Positions 30,551 to 48,784 of a DNA stretch of 64,000 bases are shown here, piece after piece; position 1 is the first letter of the stretch; each line of letters begins with the position of its first letter. The notes under the pieces are model-generated. The model was not told the DNA's origin and ran no database searches. It was given only the letters and a program-made list of their open reading frames with translations. Origin of the DNA: the human T2T-CHM13v2.0 reference genome, Homo sapiens; assembly GCF_009914755.1 (NCBI RefSeq), contig NC_060946.1; one strand, given 5' to 3'. The translations under genes and the position numbers were made by a program.

Positions 30551-31075
30551 TTGCTGTTGCCCTGTTTCCTGCTGCTTTGTTGTTCTGCCTGTCCTAGTCT
30601 CCTTTGAAGTGGGAAAGCATTTTCTCTCATAGGCAAGTCACACTGCATTGCCGAAGTCCAGCTTTCTGCAGACTGGCAGTCGCACACACATTTGGAATGC
30701 ACACAGCGGCTGCCTCCTGATGTTTGTATCATAGTCGTATTGTCAAAGAGTAGCCGATTTTAGAGTTCTTTTGGATCATAAACTGGAAATACTGATGGAA
30801 GCACACAAGTGGAGAGAAGTTGACGTGGAAAGGGTCTTCCTTCTCATTGCTGCCCGTTTGTACATGGGACTGATTCTGTCGTGTTCACCAGAGAAAGCTT
30901 GAGGCCATGGCGAGATACTGCATGTTTGCTGTTCCACAAAGCAGTGGCTTAGCTGCCATCTTGCTTTTCTTTGGACAACAGGAAGTGAACCTTAAGGAAG
31001 AGAGAATTCTGTTCTAAAACTCCAAAATCTGGCTTTTTTTTTTTCTTTTGTTTTGGTTTGGTTTTGGAAAACTAA

Positions 31076-31419
<344 letters not shown>

Positions 31420-34130
31420 TAGACTTGTGTGTTCTAAACAGGTTAAGTAGCAGGTTGGGTTTTTATGATAGTGCAAGGAATGACTCATGCCTCTGAGCTT
31501 CTAAACTGAAGCTGCTGTAACTAAAGGAATCTGAAAAGAACAACCCTGAAGCAGAGGCCTTTATTGTCTTGGTTGCCAGTAGTACCTTGTTTTGCCATGT
31601 AGCAGACAACACACAAAATAATGCAGTTGTGGTGTGCCATGCTATGTGCACAGCCCCTTGGATTACTTTGTTTTAAAAAGCATCAGAGTTGGGGGTACTT
31701 TAGGGAAACCTTTGCTTACCTTGTTTTGCCAGTGATAAGAGCAGTGGGTTGGAGGGCACTTGGCCAGTTTTCTGTTCAGCTTTTCAGTGAATGTACCCCT
31801 TTAAGGTTCAGACTTAAACTTCCTTAAAAAGTGGCGTTGTTCATAGAATCGTTGGACTCATTAATGAATCGTTCAACTCCACTCACTGAAGCCCAGACCT
31901 CCGTGCCCAGGCCCAATCTCGTCAGGCTGCCAGAGAAAGTTGGTGCTGCTCATACTGGTCTCACAGTCTAAGTAAGTGTCTGTGATGCTCCCAAGCAAAG
32001 GAAATGCAAGCTCTGGAAATTCGTTAATGTATTTGATGTCTTAGTGTTTTAGTGACTAGGGAGACCATTAACTAGTTTATCATTAACCACTTATCAGTGT
32101 ATTGATGTTAAAGCATTTCCCTGTTAGCTAAAAGAGGCCTGTTCATACAAGCCAACTGGTATATACGTGTGGTTCATCCATCATCTGCTGCACATAGCAG
32201 ACTAGAATTCTGGGAACCCTGTGCAATTCAGTCTGCTCTCCCTTGTGGACCCTGGTAAAGAAAAGCCTCAGCTCATAGTGAACACAGCAGACCTAGAAAT
32301 GTAGCAGCAGCCTACTGAGTAGCTTTCATTTACTGATCATCTGCTGTGACTGTGGCCCTGTCTGGAGGTTCCTAGGTTTTGAGATTTAGAGCAATGCATT
32401 CTGGAGACAGAACCAGCAGAACAGCCATTTTTCAATTTTTCTTTAAATCAGTATTCCATCAGGCAGATAACTGCTGTATTCATGAATCTTGAGAGTGTTC
32501 CTGAGACAGAATTAATGGTCATTTGGGAAAACTATCGCCATGGCTTCCCATCTGTGGTTTTCCTCTAAAAGCCTTGGAGATTAGCCCTTCCTTGCCAGTG
32601 AGAACGGTGACCGCCTCCTGCTCTGCACGGTCTGCGGCAGTTGCCGCTTCTGGTTAGGTGTGTCAGGTTGGCTTATTTTGGGTTCAGGCCTGGCGTAGCA
32701 CCCACAAGTGGCAGACATATCACAAGAGTCCCCAGACTCTGCCTAGAAACAGTGTTTGCCCTTTGGCCAGTGACGTGGTTCATCCCGGCCCATGTTGAGC
32801 CATGAGTGGAGTTTCCAGCAGAGGGAGGAATGTGTGCCTTGTTCAAGGAGGGCACGACCCTTAGGCCTTTTTCAACCAGATTTAGCTGAAGGGCTTGACA
32901 CCTTTGAATTACAGCAGTTGACTCAGAGTGCAAGAAGTCTGGCCATTTTGGAAAGCAAGGTTTCCTTTCAGCCCTGTCTACTGACCAATACCCCGACTCA
33001 CCTTGTGTGGCGCACTTCAGAATCAGATATACCTAGAGTATACCTGTGGTTTGGTTTTATAATTAATCAGCTCGTTACTTCAGCCCATGAAAATGGCATC
33101 CAGGGCTGCCAGGAGATTCAGAGCTCAAAACAAGGCGAGCTTGAGTTCTGCACTCCAGATGTGTGCCAAAACTAGTAAAACTTAACGGACTTACAACCTT
33201 GTCAGTTTTTTTAATGAGGCAGGGATACTCTGTTTTTCACACTAAACATATGAATGCAGCACTGCTGCCTCAGCTCAGCTTCGTGCCTGGGTTCCCCACT
33301 GGTCTGGGAAGACTGTTGTGCTCCATAGAGCAGTGCACATCTGACCCAGAGGGTGGGTGTTCATAACTGCTACTTGCTCTGCTCTACCATGTTTAAAGAA
33401 ATATTTGGATGTTAAATTAACTCACTATGGTTTTTCACCTGGGAAGGAAACAAATTACGTACTAGAGGGCATTGATTGGTTAAAAACTTGTGTATCCCGG
33501 GAAGGACCTGCGGTACAGGAGTCAGCCATGTCTGTGCTGTGTGGAACCACCTGATGACATGGTTAACGAGGAAGACGATGTGTTGACCGGCTGCCGTTTG
33601 AGGACTTTGGTCACCCAGACTAGACACCTTCTGTGCTCATGTTTGGAAAGCTGAAAGGGAAGGACAGCTGTGCCCTCCTGGGAGCTCATGTGTCCCTGGC
33701 GCTGTGCTAGCTTTCCTTTACAGCTGTTTACAGACAAGGCAGGCCTGAGGCAGATGGCCACTGCTCTTGTGATGTTTGCTCAGAGGAATATGAACATTTT
33801 ATTTTTGAAAAGGGATGATGTGGTTTTTTGCCAGGTGTTTATAATTAATCCTTTAATATTATGGTTATTAACCTCTTAAACATGAATGAATTCTTGATTG
33901 TTTTAACACAGTACCTAAGACTAATGCTTTCTGTGGACACCACTGAGCTCTGCCTCAACTCCACCCTCTGCGACCGGAGGACTATGCCCCTAGTAACTGC
34001 TGTCGGTGTGGACGCTGTGCTGGTTCTGTTTTCTAAAGGAGCAGAAGGACAGGTCTCTGAGACAGGATCGTTGTCCCTACAGGAGGAACAGTGGCCTTGC
34101 TTCTTAGACGGTCTTCACTGTGTGTTTTAA

Positions 34131-34154
34131 AACAACAACAACAACAACAACAAC
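34131..34154 (+). repeat. (AAC)8 microsatellite in the CRKL 3'UTR
   Basis: Directly visible. Confidence 0.95.
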
Positions 34155-34418
34155 ATAAAACTCTTTTGACCTGTAACTTAAAGATCATAAACTTCAGGCA
34201 ATAATATTTTCTGTGTAAGCTTTTAAAATTATTTTTGGGGATCATAGCTTGTTTTATTTTGTGCTATAAAATTAACAGTATTAAATGACTTATATTCTTA
34301 GAATACATCGAGTGTCTTTTCTTAACAGATTAGTGCCTTTTTATTTTTGTATTCCGTTTTACGTTACTGGTCCCAGCATCAAAACCCTTGTTTCCATGGC
34401 CTGTTTGTATATTGTCTC

Positions 34419-34424
34419 AATAAA
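34419..34424 (+). terminator. CRKL polyadenylation signal AATAAA
   Basis: Context tgtatattgtctcAATAAAacttgc, with an upstream UGUA and a downstream GU-rich tract (ggtgtttcagtgtct). Confidence 0.8.
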
Positions 34425-35792
34425 ACTTGCATCAGCCGGTGGTGGCGGCAGCTTCGGTGTTTCAGTGTCTCCTCAGTCCGCCCCCACTAGCCTCCTGGCA
34501 GTTCATCAGTGGTGAAATCTCTGATGCTTCTCAGAGACCCTTAGTGCTGCTGCTGACCAAGAGCTAGAATGAAGTCTTGGCATCCGCCCATTCCAACACT
34601 CGGGCACCCAGAGGAGAGCACCTGGGGTCTCCCTCCAAAAGAGAAATCTCCCTCCCAGAGTGTCTGTCTTGTAGGTATTGTATGGGAGCCTAGTGCTTGG
34701 CCTTCTGAGCATGAGGCAATAGTTCCCACAGGTTGCACCACCACAGAGAACTTGGATCTTTTTCCTTCTAGGCACCCATATCTGAGGCTTCTAGTAAATA
34801 TTTCTTCAGCATGAGCTAACCAGGGTTGAATGGTATCAAGCAGAAGTCATGGGAAGTGAGCAGCCTCATTGCAGGTCAGGGCATGATATCTGTGCGGCTT
34901 TCTTGAATCCTTTTCTGTTCTTGGCTGTAGGTGGTTCTCCTGATGAACTTTGGGAGACCTCCAAGTGGATTGGCTTGAGGTGTTGGGAGGCCCACTGACA
35001 CCCCCTCAGCCAGGGCCTTGTCTCTCCTACTCCCAGCTCTCAGTACATTTTATCTTTCACTTCACTGTACTCTATTCCCATGCCTATTTGTGTATTTTGA
35101 GGTGCATATTTTCTTGTAAAACCTCAGGAAGCCATTTTTAAAAATTATGGCTGGATGTGGTGGCTCATGCCTGTAATCTCAGCACTTTGGGAGGCCGAGA
35201 TGGGCAGATCTGGAGTTCAGGACCAGCCTGGCCAACACGGTGAAATCTCATCTCGGCAAAAAATATAAAAATGAGCCAGGCATGGTGATGCAGGCCTGTA
35301 GTCCCAACTACTGTGCAGGGAGGGCCAAGGTGGGAAGATCTTTTGAGCTTGGGAGGCAGAGGTTGCAGTGAGCTGACATACCACTGCACTCCAGCCTGGG
35401 TGACAGAGGAAGATCCTTCTCACCGCCCTCCCCGCCCCCACCCCCACTAAGACAGTCTTGCTCTGTTGCCCAGAGCTGGAATGCAGTGGTGTGACCTCAG
35501 CTCATTGCAACCTCCACCTCCCGGGTTCAAGCAATTCTTCTGCCTCAGCCTCCCCTGAGTAGCTGGGATTACAGGTGTGTGCCACCACGTCCAGCTAACT
35601 TTTGTATTTTTTAGTAGAGACGGGGTTTCACCATGTTGGCCAGGCTGGTCTCAAACTCCTGACCTCAGGTGAGCCACCCACCTCAGCCTTCCAAAGTGTT
35701 GAGATTACAGGCATGAGCCACTGCGCCCAGCTGAGACCCTGTCTTAAAAATAAATTTACCAGCACTTTGGGAGGCTGAGGCACTTTGGATCA

Positions 35793-36137
<345 letters not shown>

Positions 36138-36185
36138 TCAGAAGCTGGGATTACAGGCATGACCCTCTGTGCCTGGCCCAGGATA

Positions 36186-36323
36186 GATATATATATATAT
36201 ATATATATTTCTATATATATATATATTTCTATATATATATATTTCTATATATATATATTTCTATATATATATATTTCTATATATATATATTTCTATATAT
36301 ATATATATTTCTATATATATATA
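36186..36323. repeat. AT-rich minisatellite, variable units of (AT)nTTCT
   Basis: About 7 repeats of atatatatatatttct. Confidence 0.93.
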
Positions 36324-36464
36324 GAACTATGAGGCTAAAATGTCCCTGGTTCCTACTTTCAGGTTTCTGCTGAATTTGAGAGAAGTCTGCTTGAAATATC
36401 AAAACTGTCACATCATTCTGGAAGAAACAATACTCCAGAGACATCTTTGAAAACTACCTTTAGA

Positions 36465-36620
36465 GGCTGGTGCGGTGGTGGGTTCTTATAGTCCCAGCTA
36501 CTCTGGAGGCTGAGGCTGGAGGATTGCTTGAGCCTAGGAGTTCCAGACTGCAGTGAGTTATGACTGTGCCTGCGAATAGCCACTGCACTCCAGCACGGTC
36601 GACATAGTGACACCTATTGA
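36465..36620 (+). mobile_element. FAM (fossil Alu monomer, 7SL-derived)
   Basis: Monomer keeping the 7SL-type 3' segment cctgcgaatagccactgcactccagc, which is absent from dimeric Alus. Confidence 0.75.
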
Positions 36621-36662
36621 GACATAGTAGGATCTCAATTTTTTTTTTTTTTTTTTTTTTGA

Positions 36663-36782
<120 letters not shown>

Positions 36783-36785
36783 TAG

Positions 36786-36941
<156 letters not shown>

Positions 36942-37849
36942 TAACTAAAAAATAACTTGTTTGAACAGGTATATCTTGGCCAGCAATGCTGGACTGGGTT
37001 CCTTTGAGGTGAGGGAAACTCTTGGACATGGGACCTAGTGGGGGCCTCTGCTTGCCTCCCTGCTGGGTTAACAGTACAGCTGGCCCAGCCAGTCTTGAAA
37101 CCTTACCCTGCAACAAAAACTTGACACCTCCAGGCTGGTAATTCTGGAGGTGTCTTCTCTGCCAAGTCGGTGACTCCCCAACCCGCTATTATGGCTGGAC
37201 TCTGCTCTTGCAGTCTTAGTGTACACCCTGGTTCTTCAAGGGCAGCAAGCAGGACTATTCCGGTAGCAACCAGAGCTGGAGCTCAGGGCCCCGCGCTGGA
37301 AAGCTGGGGCAGCTTAGGTGGTAACTAGTGTGCTGAGGATGAGGGGCGCTATGGAGCCCAGGCGGGTTTAGGAAGCATTCTTGGCTTCCTGGAGGAGGGG
37401 AAATACTGGTAATTCAGGCTGAAGGAGCTGGATGGGGCCAGGGGCAGTGACTCACGCCTGTAATCCCAGAACTTTGGAAGGCCTGAGACGGGAGGGTCGC
37501 TTGAGCCCAGAAGTTCGAGACCAGCCTGGGAAACATGGCAAGACCTCGTCTCAAAAAAGCCACGCGTGGTATGCGCCTGTGCTCCCAGCTGCTCGGGAGG
37601 CTGAGGCTGGAGGATCGCTTGAGCCCTGGAGGTCGAGACTGCTGTGAGCCGTGATTGCACCACTGGACTCCAGCCTTGGTGGCAGTGAGACCCTGTCCCC
37701 AAAGAACTGGGTGATCTCGACCCTCCACATCGCTGGCTCTCCACGGGCGCTGCACAGTGGAGACCCAGGATCTGATTGCATAGGACTGGGCACTGGAGTT
37801 TAAGTTCTCCAGGGGGGTTTAATATGCAACGAAGTTGGGAACCACTACC

Positions 37850-38950
37850 AGTGAACCCCTTCATTCTGTGCGGCTCCAGCTCCCGGAAGCCCTCGGACAA
37901 GGAACTGTAGCCCATGTACCGCGTGACGTGAGAGCGGAGCCCGGGTCTGCCCGGGCGCGGGCCCGCGGCCACGGCGTTTGGATCCCAGATCCCAGCCCCC
38001 GCGCTCAGTCCGGGCTTCCTGACCGGCGCTCTCCGCGTCCCTTCTCGCGCGCCCTTACCTGGGGTTGGGGAGGTGGGGACAGAGCCGGGCGCAGTCGGGG
38101 GCACAGCCCTGAGGCGGGGCTGAGGGCCAGGCCGCCACGTCCCTGGACCCTGAAAACGGGCTCGGACCCCCGCTGCAGCGTGGACTCCGGTGTGGCCGCG
38201 GGGCGTGCAACCCGGACCCTGGCCAGCTCCGTGTCCTCCAGACCTTTACTCATGGCCCCGCATCGCCAGGCCGAGCTGCACCTTCGGTCCCCGCCCGCGG
38301 CAGCCGAGGTAGGGCATCTCCAGCGCCGACTCCGGGGAAGGTGGACATCGCACGGAAGGGGGTGAAGGGCAGGGAGGATCCCAGCTTGGGATGGGGGTAG
38401 AGGGTGGCGGACCTTGCGCGGGGCGGGTGTGGAGGGCGGCCCAACTCTCGTGGCCCCTGGTGCTTCCGGGAGCTCCGTCCTCGCTCTCGGATCCCAAGGA
38501 AGAACTTGACCTTTCCCTGACATCCTCCAGTGCCCATGGCTTCTGGCGTCCACGGATGGCGGGGAGGGGAGGGGGGCGCATTCAGCGACTGCAGAGACTG
38601 GGGGCTGTGGGCCGGGGCAGCTGCGGGGCGGAGGGTGGCGTGTGGTGGGGTTGGGTGGCGTGGGGTTGCAGAAGGCGGGGCATGGGGCCCAACGGCCGGC
38701 TGCGCCGCCCTTCTCCGTATGGCTCTTCGGAGCCGTTGCATTTGCCCTCTCAGGGCTTCCTGGGCTCTCGGCCCTAAGTAACCTGTGTCCCAGAGTCCCT
38801 GAGGGAGGCGCAGGATCACTGAGCTCTGCCCTCCCTAAGATGGAAGCAGGACCGTGTGGAGGAGGGACGGCCGCATGGGATGGCCAGGGTGGGGGCCCCA
38901 AGAGGACAGCCTCCGCCCGCTCGCCCGCCCGCCAAGGAAAGCCCTGGGGG
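37850..38950. promoter_or_regulatory. CpG island without a protein-coding gene (probable lncRNA promoter or enhancer)
   Basis: High GC and CpG density, GC boxes, TGACGT half-CRE at 37924-37929. From memory a lncRNA (LINC01637) is annotated between CRKL and AIFM3; I cannot derive its exons from sequence. Confidence 0.8.
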
Positions 38951-39267
38951 AACACACTTTCAAGCTAAGGGGTCTGAGGAAGAGAAGACTAACAAGGGGG
39001 AAGCCCTCGAGATGCCCAACAGTCAAGTCCGGGAAGGACGGAGTAGATAACCAGTAACTGCCTAGAGGGTGGGAGCCAAGAAGAGGAGGGGCCTGGACAG
39101 GGCTGCAAGGAGGAAGACACAGGCCCCCATGCCAGCCTTCTGGAAACAGCGGTTTGCAGACCACCTGAGCTCACCAAGACAGCTCTGAAGAATTTAGGGA
39201 ATTATGCTTTGGCTTCTGGGTTGAAGGAAAAAAATAGCTATAGGATGCAGCATTCAAAAGACCCGTA

Positions 39268-43610
<4,343 letters not shown>

Positions 43611-45699
43611 ACTTTCTTACCTAAAATACCTGCACACCCTACTTGGAGACCCTAGGGTGAGGGGAGTGGGGAACAGGAGAACCTGACAGTAGAGGGTACA
43701 TGTAAGGAGGAGAGGGACAAGCTTGCTGTGTGGTGGGGTGCTCCAGGGCTGGGGGTGCCTAGGGATCCACCTCTCTCCCAGGCTGTGGAATTATCCTCCC
43801 CGCACTCACTGCTTCTCTAACCTTGGCTATCTCCTGCTGCCTTTGGGGTGTCTGATGGGCTTGAGGGACCTCCCAGCTGCTCTAGGTCATCTCACCGCAG
43901 CCATGTGCCCCATTTGGTACTGTCAAAGCTGCTGGAATATTATCGTCTTTCCAGAACTATCCTTGGGGCAATATCAGGACCTCAGGCTGCCCGGGGCTCA
44001 GAGCCCTCCTGGGTCTTCCTGGGGCCCCTGGTCCACATGCATCTCCACTAAGCCTGAGGGCCCTTCGGGAGAGGCAGCACTTTTAGCCTGCCCTTGGTTT
44101 TAGCTTTTGCTCTACGAAGATCTTGTGATTTCTGCCCCACCATGGGGCAGCAGGAACCTCAAGCACAGTGCCTGCGGCAAAGGGAGCCACAGTGGACTTG
44201 CCCCAGGTCAGGCCTGCACTTGCCTTGTGTCAGGGTATCTCCCCAAGTTGCTGGCCTCAGTCCCTACACTGACCTGTTTCCCCAGCTTTATCTCTGGCAC
44301 CCCAAACTCAGCAGCCCCGACCCCACTTCCCAAGCACCCCCTGTGCCTGGCTCTGTGCCTGTCATGGTGTCCTGGCAGCAGTCTGGGAGAGTATTTCAGT
44401 TACCTGCGGTGTCCTGGGAAGGCTGGAGCAGAGGGGTCCACTCACTGATTGCCAAGGTCACAGAACAGGACTTGCATTGTGCACTGGAGGCCCTGTGGTC
44501 TTGCATGAGCCTGGTAGGCCTCTCCCCTCCTGCTTCCAGCCCTCCATCTGGGAGGCCAGCCTGCCCAGGGCTGCTCTGCCACTTAGCAGCTGTGTGGCCC
44601 TGGAGAGTCCCTAACCTCACTGAACCTCAGTTTCTCCGTTTGTGAAATGGAGATAATACAAAGAGAACTTTCCTTCTCAGGCTGTTGTGATGGGTAAGGA
44701 AATAAATGCATGCAAAATCACAGCTGTAGTTACTATGAGGCACACTGTCTTCCTGGCTAGAGGAGATTCTGAAGGTGGGTGGGGCAGCAAGATCACCACG
44801 TGTATGAAATGGGGGCAGGCTGGTTGGAGACTGAGGGCACCAGCCCCAAGCACTGCCATCTGCCCTGTGATGGGACTCTCCTGTGGCAGTGGCAACGGTC
44901 CCACTGTGGAAGCAACACATGAGCTGAGAGGACTTGCCTGAACTGAGCCACATGTGCCCTCTGGGCCTGGTCACCCCACCACCTGCCCCCAGTGTGACCC
45001 ATGCAGGGCCTGTTCCTGACCCTGAACGAGACCAGGACTCCCTGGGCTGCATTTCCTATCTGTAAAATTGTAGGAGGGTGGTGGTGGTGGGGGCTCGAAC
45101 TTGCCCCCTGGGTGGGGTGGGGCATAAATAGTCCCAGAGGATGGCCTGGGAAGGCTGGCTGGGCCTGGCACAGGGGACTTTACTGCTGTCATTATTGTCC
45201 TCCTTACAGGAGAGGAGAGCAAGGCCCAGACCGGGGAGGAACCCACACAGCCTCTGTGCTCCAGCCTGCTTGAAAGACAAGGTCTACCTACAACGCAGAG
45301 ATGCACACATTAAGGACAATGAAACACCCAAGTGTTAGGAACCAGAATAATCAGCCCTAATAGAGGGGAGGCTGATCAGGGAGGGCCTCCTGGAGGAGGA
45401 GGCACAACATCAGGGTGCACTGTGATTTCTGGAGACCCAAGGAGTTCTGGTAAATGACAGGTGAGAAAAAGAAAATGTAATAAAATATAATTGAAAACAG
45501 ACCCTGGTATGTGTGGAGAGAGGGCCGGGAGGAACCTAGGACACCGGGGAACCTGAACTCCCCCAACCAGTGAAGGGAGCTGTGGGCAGCAAGGTTTGAT
45601 TGGGGTTTTCTTTCTTGTGGAGGTTTCTCAGAGTGATTCAAGTTCCCCCACCCCGCCCACAGATGGTTCTGAGACTTTGGAAAGAAAGAAAAGGAAAAA

Positions 45700-46450
45700 A
45701 GACCCTGCCCGCGCCCCAGCTGGGCATCCCTGGGAGGTCGCGAGGATCCCCGGAGACCCAGACTCGGGCCCGGGGCGCCCCCGGCCAGAGCGGCCCCTGG
45801 CTGCCTCCCTACGCCCCGCGACTCCGGTCCGGACGCCGAGGGCCTCGGCCTGCCCCTGTCCCCCGGCCGCCCCCCACCTGCTCCGGCCCGGCGGGGCGGT
45901 GCTGGGCGCCGCGGGCTCCCCGGCCGCAGTGCAGCCGCAGCGCCAGCCCCGCCCCGCCCGCGCCTCCCCGCCCCACCGCGCCCGCGGCCCCAAGCGGTTC
46001 CCGAGCCCAGGCCCGCGCCGAGCCCAGGTGAGCGCCCGCCCCGGGGACCCTGGTCCCCGGAACCCCGGTCCCCGCCCGCCGCCCCGCCTCTTCGCCCCGG
46101 CGCCGGGGGCCAGCGCTTGCGCTCCCAAGTCTCGGACCCCGGCCCGGCACGTTAGGGGCTGGGGGTTGGCAAGCGGGGCCAGAGGCACTGGCCGGGGTCC
46201 GAAGCTCACCTCGTCCTTCTCTCGTCCCACAACGGCCCCTTCCCGGCTCGCCGCGGGGCCCCACTGTGTGCCAGTCCCCCTTCTCGGGCTGCAAGGTCTG
46301 GCGGGGGCAACGGGACGGAGCCGGCGAGGCTGCTGGCATCGGCTTCCCAGAGAGAGGGAACTGCACGTGCAGAGGCGGGGAGAGTGGACAGAGGCTTGCC
46401 CTGAGCTCCGTGGGGGAGGGGAGAGCGCGGAGCCCCCACACTCGAAGGCA
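45700..46450 (+). promoter_or_regulatory. AIFM3: AIFM3 upstream CpG-island promoter and putative non-coding first exon (donor after 46027)
   Basis: CpG-dense with multiple GC boxes; strong donor CCCAG|gtgagc at 46027/46028. Confidence 0.8.
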
Positions 46451-47929
46451 GGACTGGGATCAGATGCCACCCCTAGGACGCCTGGAAGCCACTGGGAGTC
46501 CGATCTGGGCAGGAGCCCTTGGGATGAGGCAGTGGGGGCAGGTGGCGAGAGGTGGAGGAGTGGGGAGAGGACCCTGCCCAGCCTGCACCCTGGGGGCGCC
46601 AGGAGCCCTGGGAGGGTCAGGTGGAGCAGGGGCCGCTCTGTGAGATGGGAGTAATCCAGTCCCGCCTCACAGGTCCTGGGGTCCCTGGGACAGACACAGA
46701 CTCCTGCTGGGTGGTTAGCACTGGGCTCTGCTAGAACTTTTCTGCAGTGGGCAGCTCATGGGCAAGGAATAGCACTCGGGCGCTCTGCACTCTGGGGGTC
46801 CCTCCTGCCCTGCCCCTGGCAAGGACCTTTGCCTTTGAGTGGGGTGACTGGGTTCCAAGCCGATCTAGCACACAGTAGGCCGAAGGCACAGGGGCCCCAC
46901 CCAGTCTCCTTCCTGGCCCAGGCCCTGGGGGATTCAGGTCCCTGGGTACTCGGGAAGGGACAGCACAGCCTGGGCAGGTCCCCAGTGGCAAGACCAGGTC
47001 TGACCTTTTCTGGGATCTGTGGCCCATCAGGTGAGGCCTGAGGTCAGCCAGGAAGGAAGTGGGCAGGGCTGAAACCAGGACCCAGGAAGGGACTGCCTAG
47101 TGCCCAGGGAAGGGGCAGGTGGGGCAGGTGGCAGTTGAGTTTTACAGACCTTCTTTGATGACAAGTGGGGGAAAGAGCCAAGGCGCGCCCCAGTGGCTGT
47201 GGGAGCCACCGCCTCCTCCCCTGTAATGGGCACCTCGAGGACCGACAGGCGCAGGGGCCAGGCACCAAGGGTCCCTCTCCAACCTGGCCTTTTGTTTCCA
47301 CCCCTTGCTCTCAGGCACCCACCCACGGCCCTTCCTGGTATCTGGACCAGACCAGGTGGGTCTCAGCCCCACCTCAAGTGAGACTTCAGGAAGAACTTCC
47401 AGAGGAAACTGGAGGATGGCAGTGGGATGGACTGTGGGGAGGTCATTTGCAAACAAGGCAGCTTATGGCTGTGCCCTGGGCCTTCCAAAGTCCACCTGTA
47501 GGCTGCATCTTCCGGAAGGCCCACCCTGTAGCCTGGAAGGCACCTGGCTACAGTGATCTCTCTGCTGTGCAGGTGTCCCCTCCCCCAGGGCACCTTGCAG
47601 GGCCTTAGGGTGATATGGGGGCTTTCTGGGCCCCTGCCCACCTTAAAACTGATCAAGGTGGGAGGGTGGGGTGGGAGGCCACAGGGATGCCCCTGCTGCT
47701 TGACCTTGATGGGACCTTGACCCCTTGCTTTCCCCATATGCTGTTGGGCATGACTGCCCACAGGCCTGGTGGGCGTTTGTGAAGGGCTGGAGTCGGGGGT
47801 AGGGGGAGCTTATGGCTGCTGGGCACAGGCGTGGCAGGGCTGTGTGCCTGGCTTCCCTTTCCCCTAACCCCATCAGGCCCGGGCTGGCCGCCCACTTCTG
47901 TTCACCACAGAGCAGGGTTTCCCTGGGGA

Positions 47930-48112
47930 CCAGTGGACTGGCCCAGCCCCACACCGCCCCCCAGCCCCTCCTGGCCACAGCTTGAGCTGGGAGGAGGGTG
48001 GAGGCTGGGCCGCCTCCTGGACCCCTGCCCTCCCTGCCCGGCCTTCCAAGGCCCGGCAGCCTCAGTCCACTGCTGGGCCTGGAACACGGAGCAGTGGCTG
48101 CCCTGCGAGGAG
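47930..48112 (+). promoter_or_regulatory. AIFM3: Putative alternative AIFM3 promoter and first non-coding exon (donor after 48112)
   Basis: KLF/Sp-like ccccacaccgccccc; donor GAGGAG|gtgggt about 500 nt upstream of the exon 2 acceptor. Confidence 0.55.
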
Positions 48113-48753
48113 GTGGGTGTCCGGAGTGCTAGCCAGGGTGGGGCTGGGCTAGGGGGAGCCTGATGTCACCCCCATTGTAGGAGGGAGAAGACCAAGGATG
48201 AGAAGGGCTTTGGCTTCCCCAAGGTGACCCCCTCTTTGAGCCTAGGCATAGTGGTCTCCCGGGAGAATGGAGGGTCCCAGAGCTCTCAGGCTGTGGGATT
48301 TGGAGAGGGGGAGGGGGGCACGAGGAGGCAGTAGAAATCAGAGAGGATTTCCTGGGCAAGGCAGCCGCGGGGCTGGACGATGGGCGGCCGAGGTTCGGGC
48401 AGAGGAACTCCACTGGAGGAGTGAGGGAGCTGAGCTTGGAGGGCTTCAAAGGGGAGGTGACCTCCAGGGCCCCATGCTCTGGGATCAGGCTCACGCCATG
48501 GTTCCCAGCTCAAATGTAAGACTCTTTCCGAAGCTCCCACTGTCTCTCTCCGTCCCTCTGTGTCTCTACCTGCCCACACGCCCCGGTCCTGATGGCTCCA
48601 GTCTCCCCTGCAGGTCCTAGAGCAGCTCCAGCAGGATGGCGGCTCCAGCGTCTCTAAGGCCTGCAGGGGGTCCAGCCCCATGGGGGGCGCCCTAGGCCTC
48701 CGACAGCTCCCCATCTGTGCTCCTGCCTGCCGGCCATCCTCAGGCCACTCGCC

Positions 48754-48784
48754 ATGGGCGGCTGCTTCTCCAAACCCAAACCAG
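48754..48784 (+). CDS. AIFM3: AIFM3 exon 2 coding part (exon begins 48614); MGGCFSKPKP
   Basis: Acceptor ctcccctgcag|GTCC at 48613/48614; Kozak gccATGg; donor CCAG|gtacct. Confidence 0.93.

Noticed and set aside
37349-38955. Long ORFs of 251 and 316 aa (minus) and 176 aa (plus) over the orphan CpG island
   Set aside because: Pro/Arg/Gly/Ala-rich, open in several frames at once, partly Alu, with no domain motif; expected from stop-codon depletion in GC-rich DNA.
45596-46654. 352-aa plus and 280-aa minus ORFs over the AIFM3 promoter
   Set aside because: Low-complexity CpG-island ORFs with no recognisable domain.
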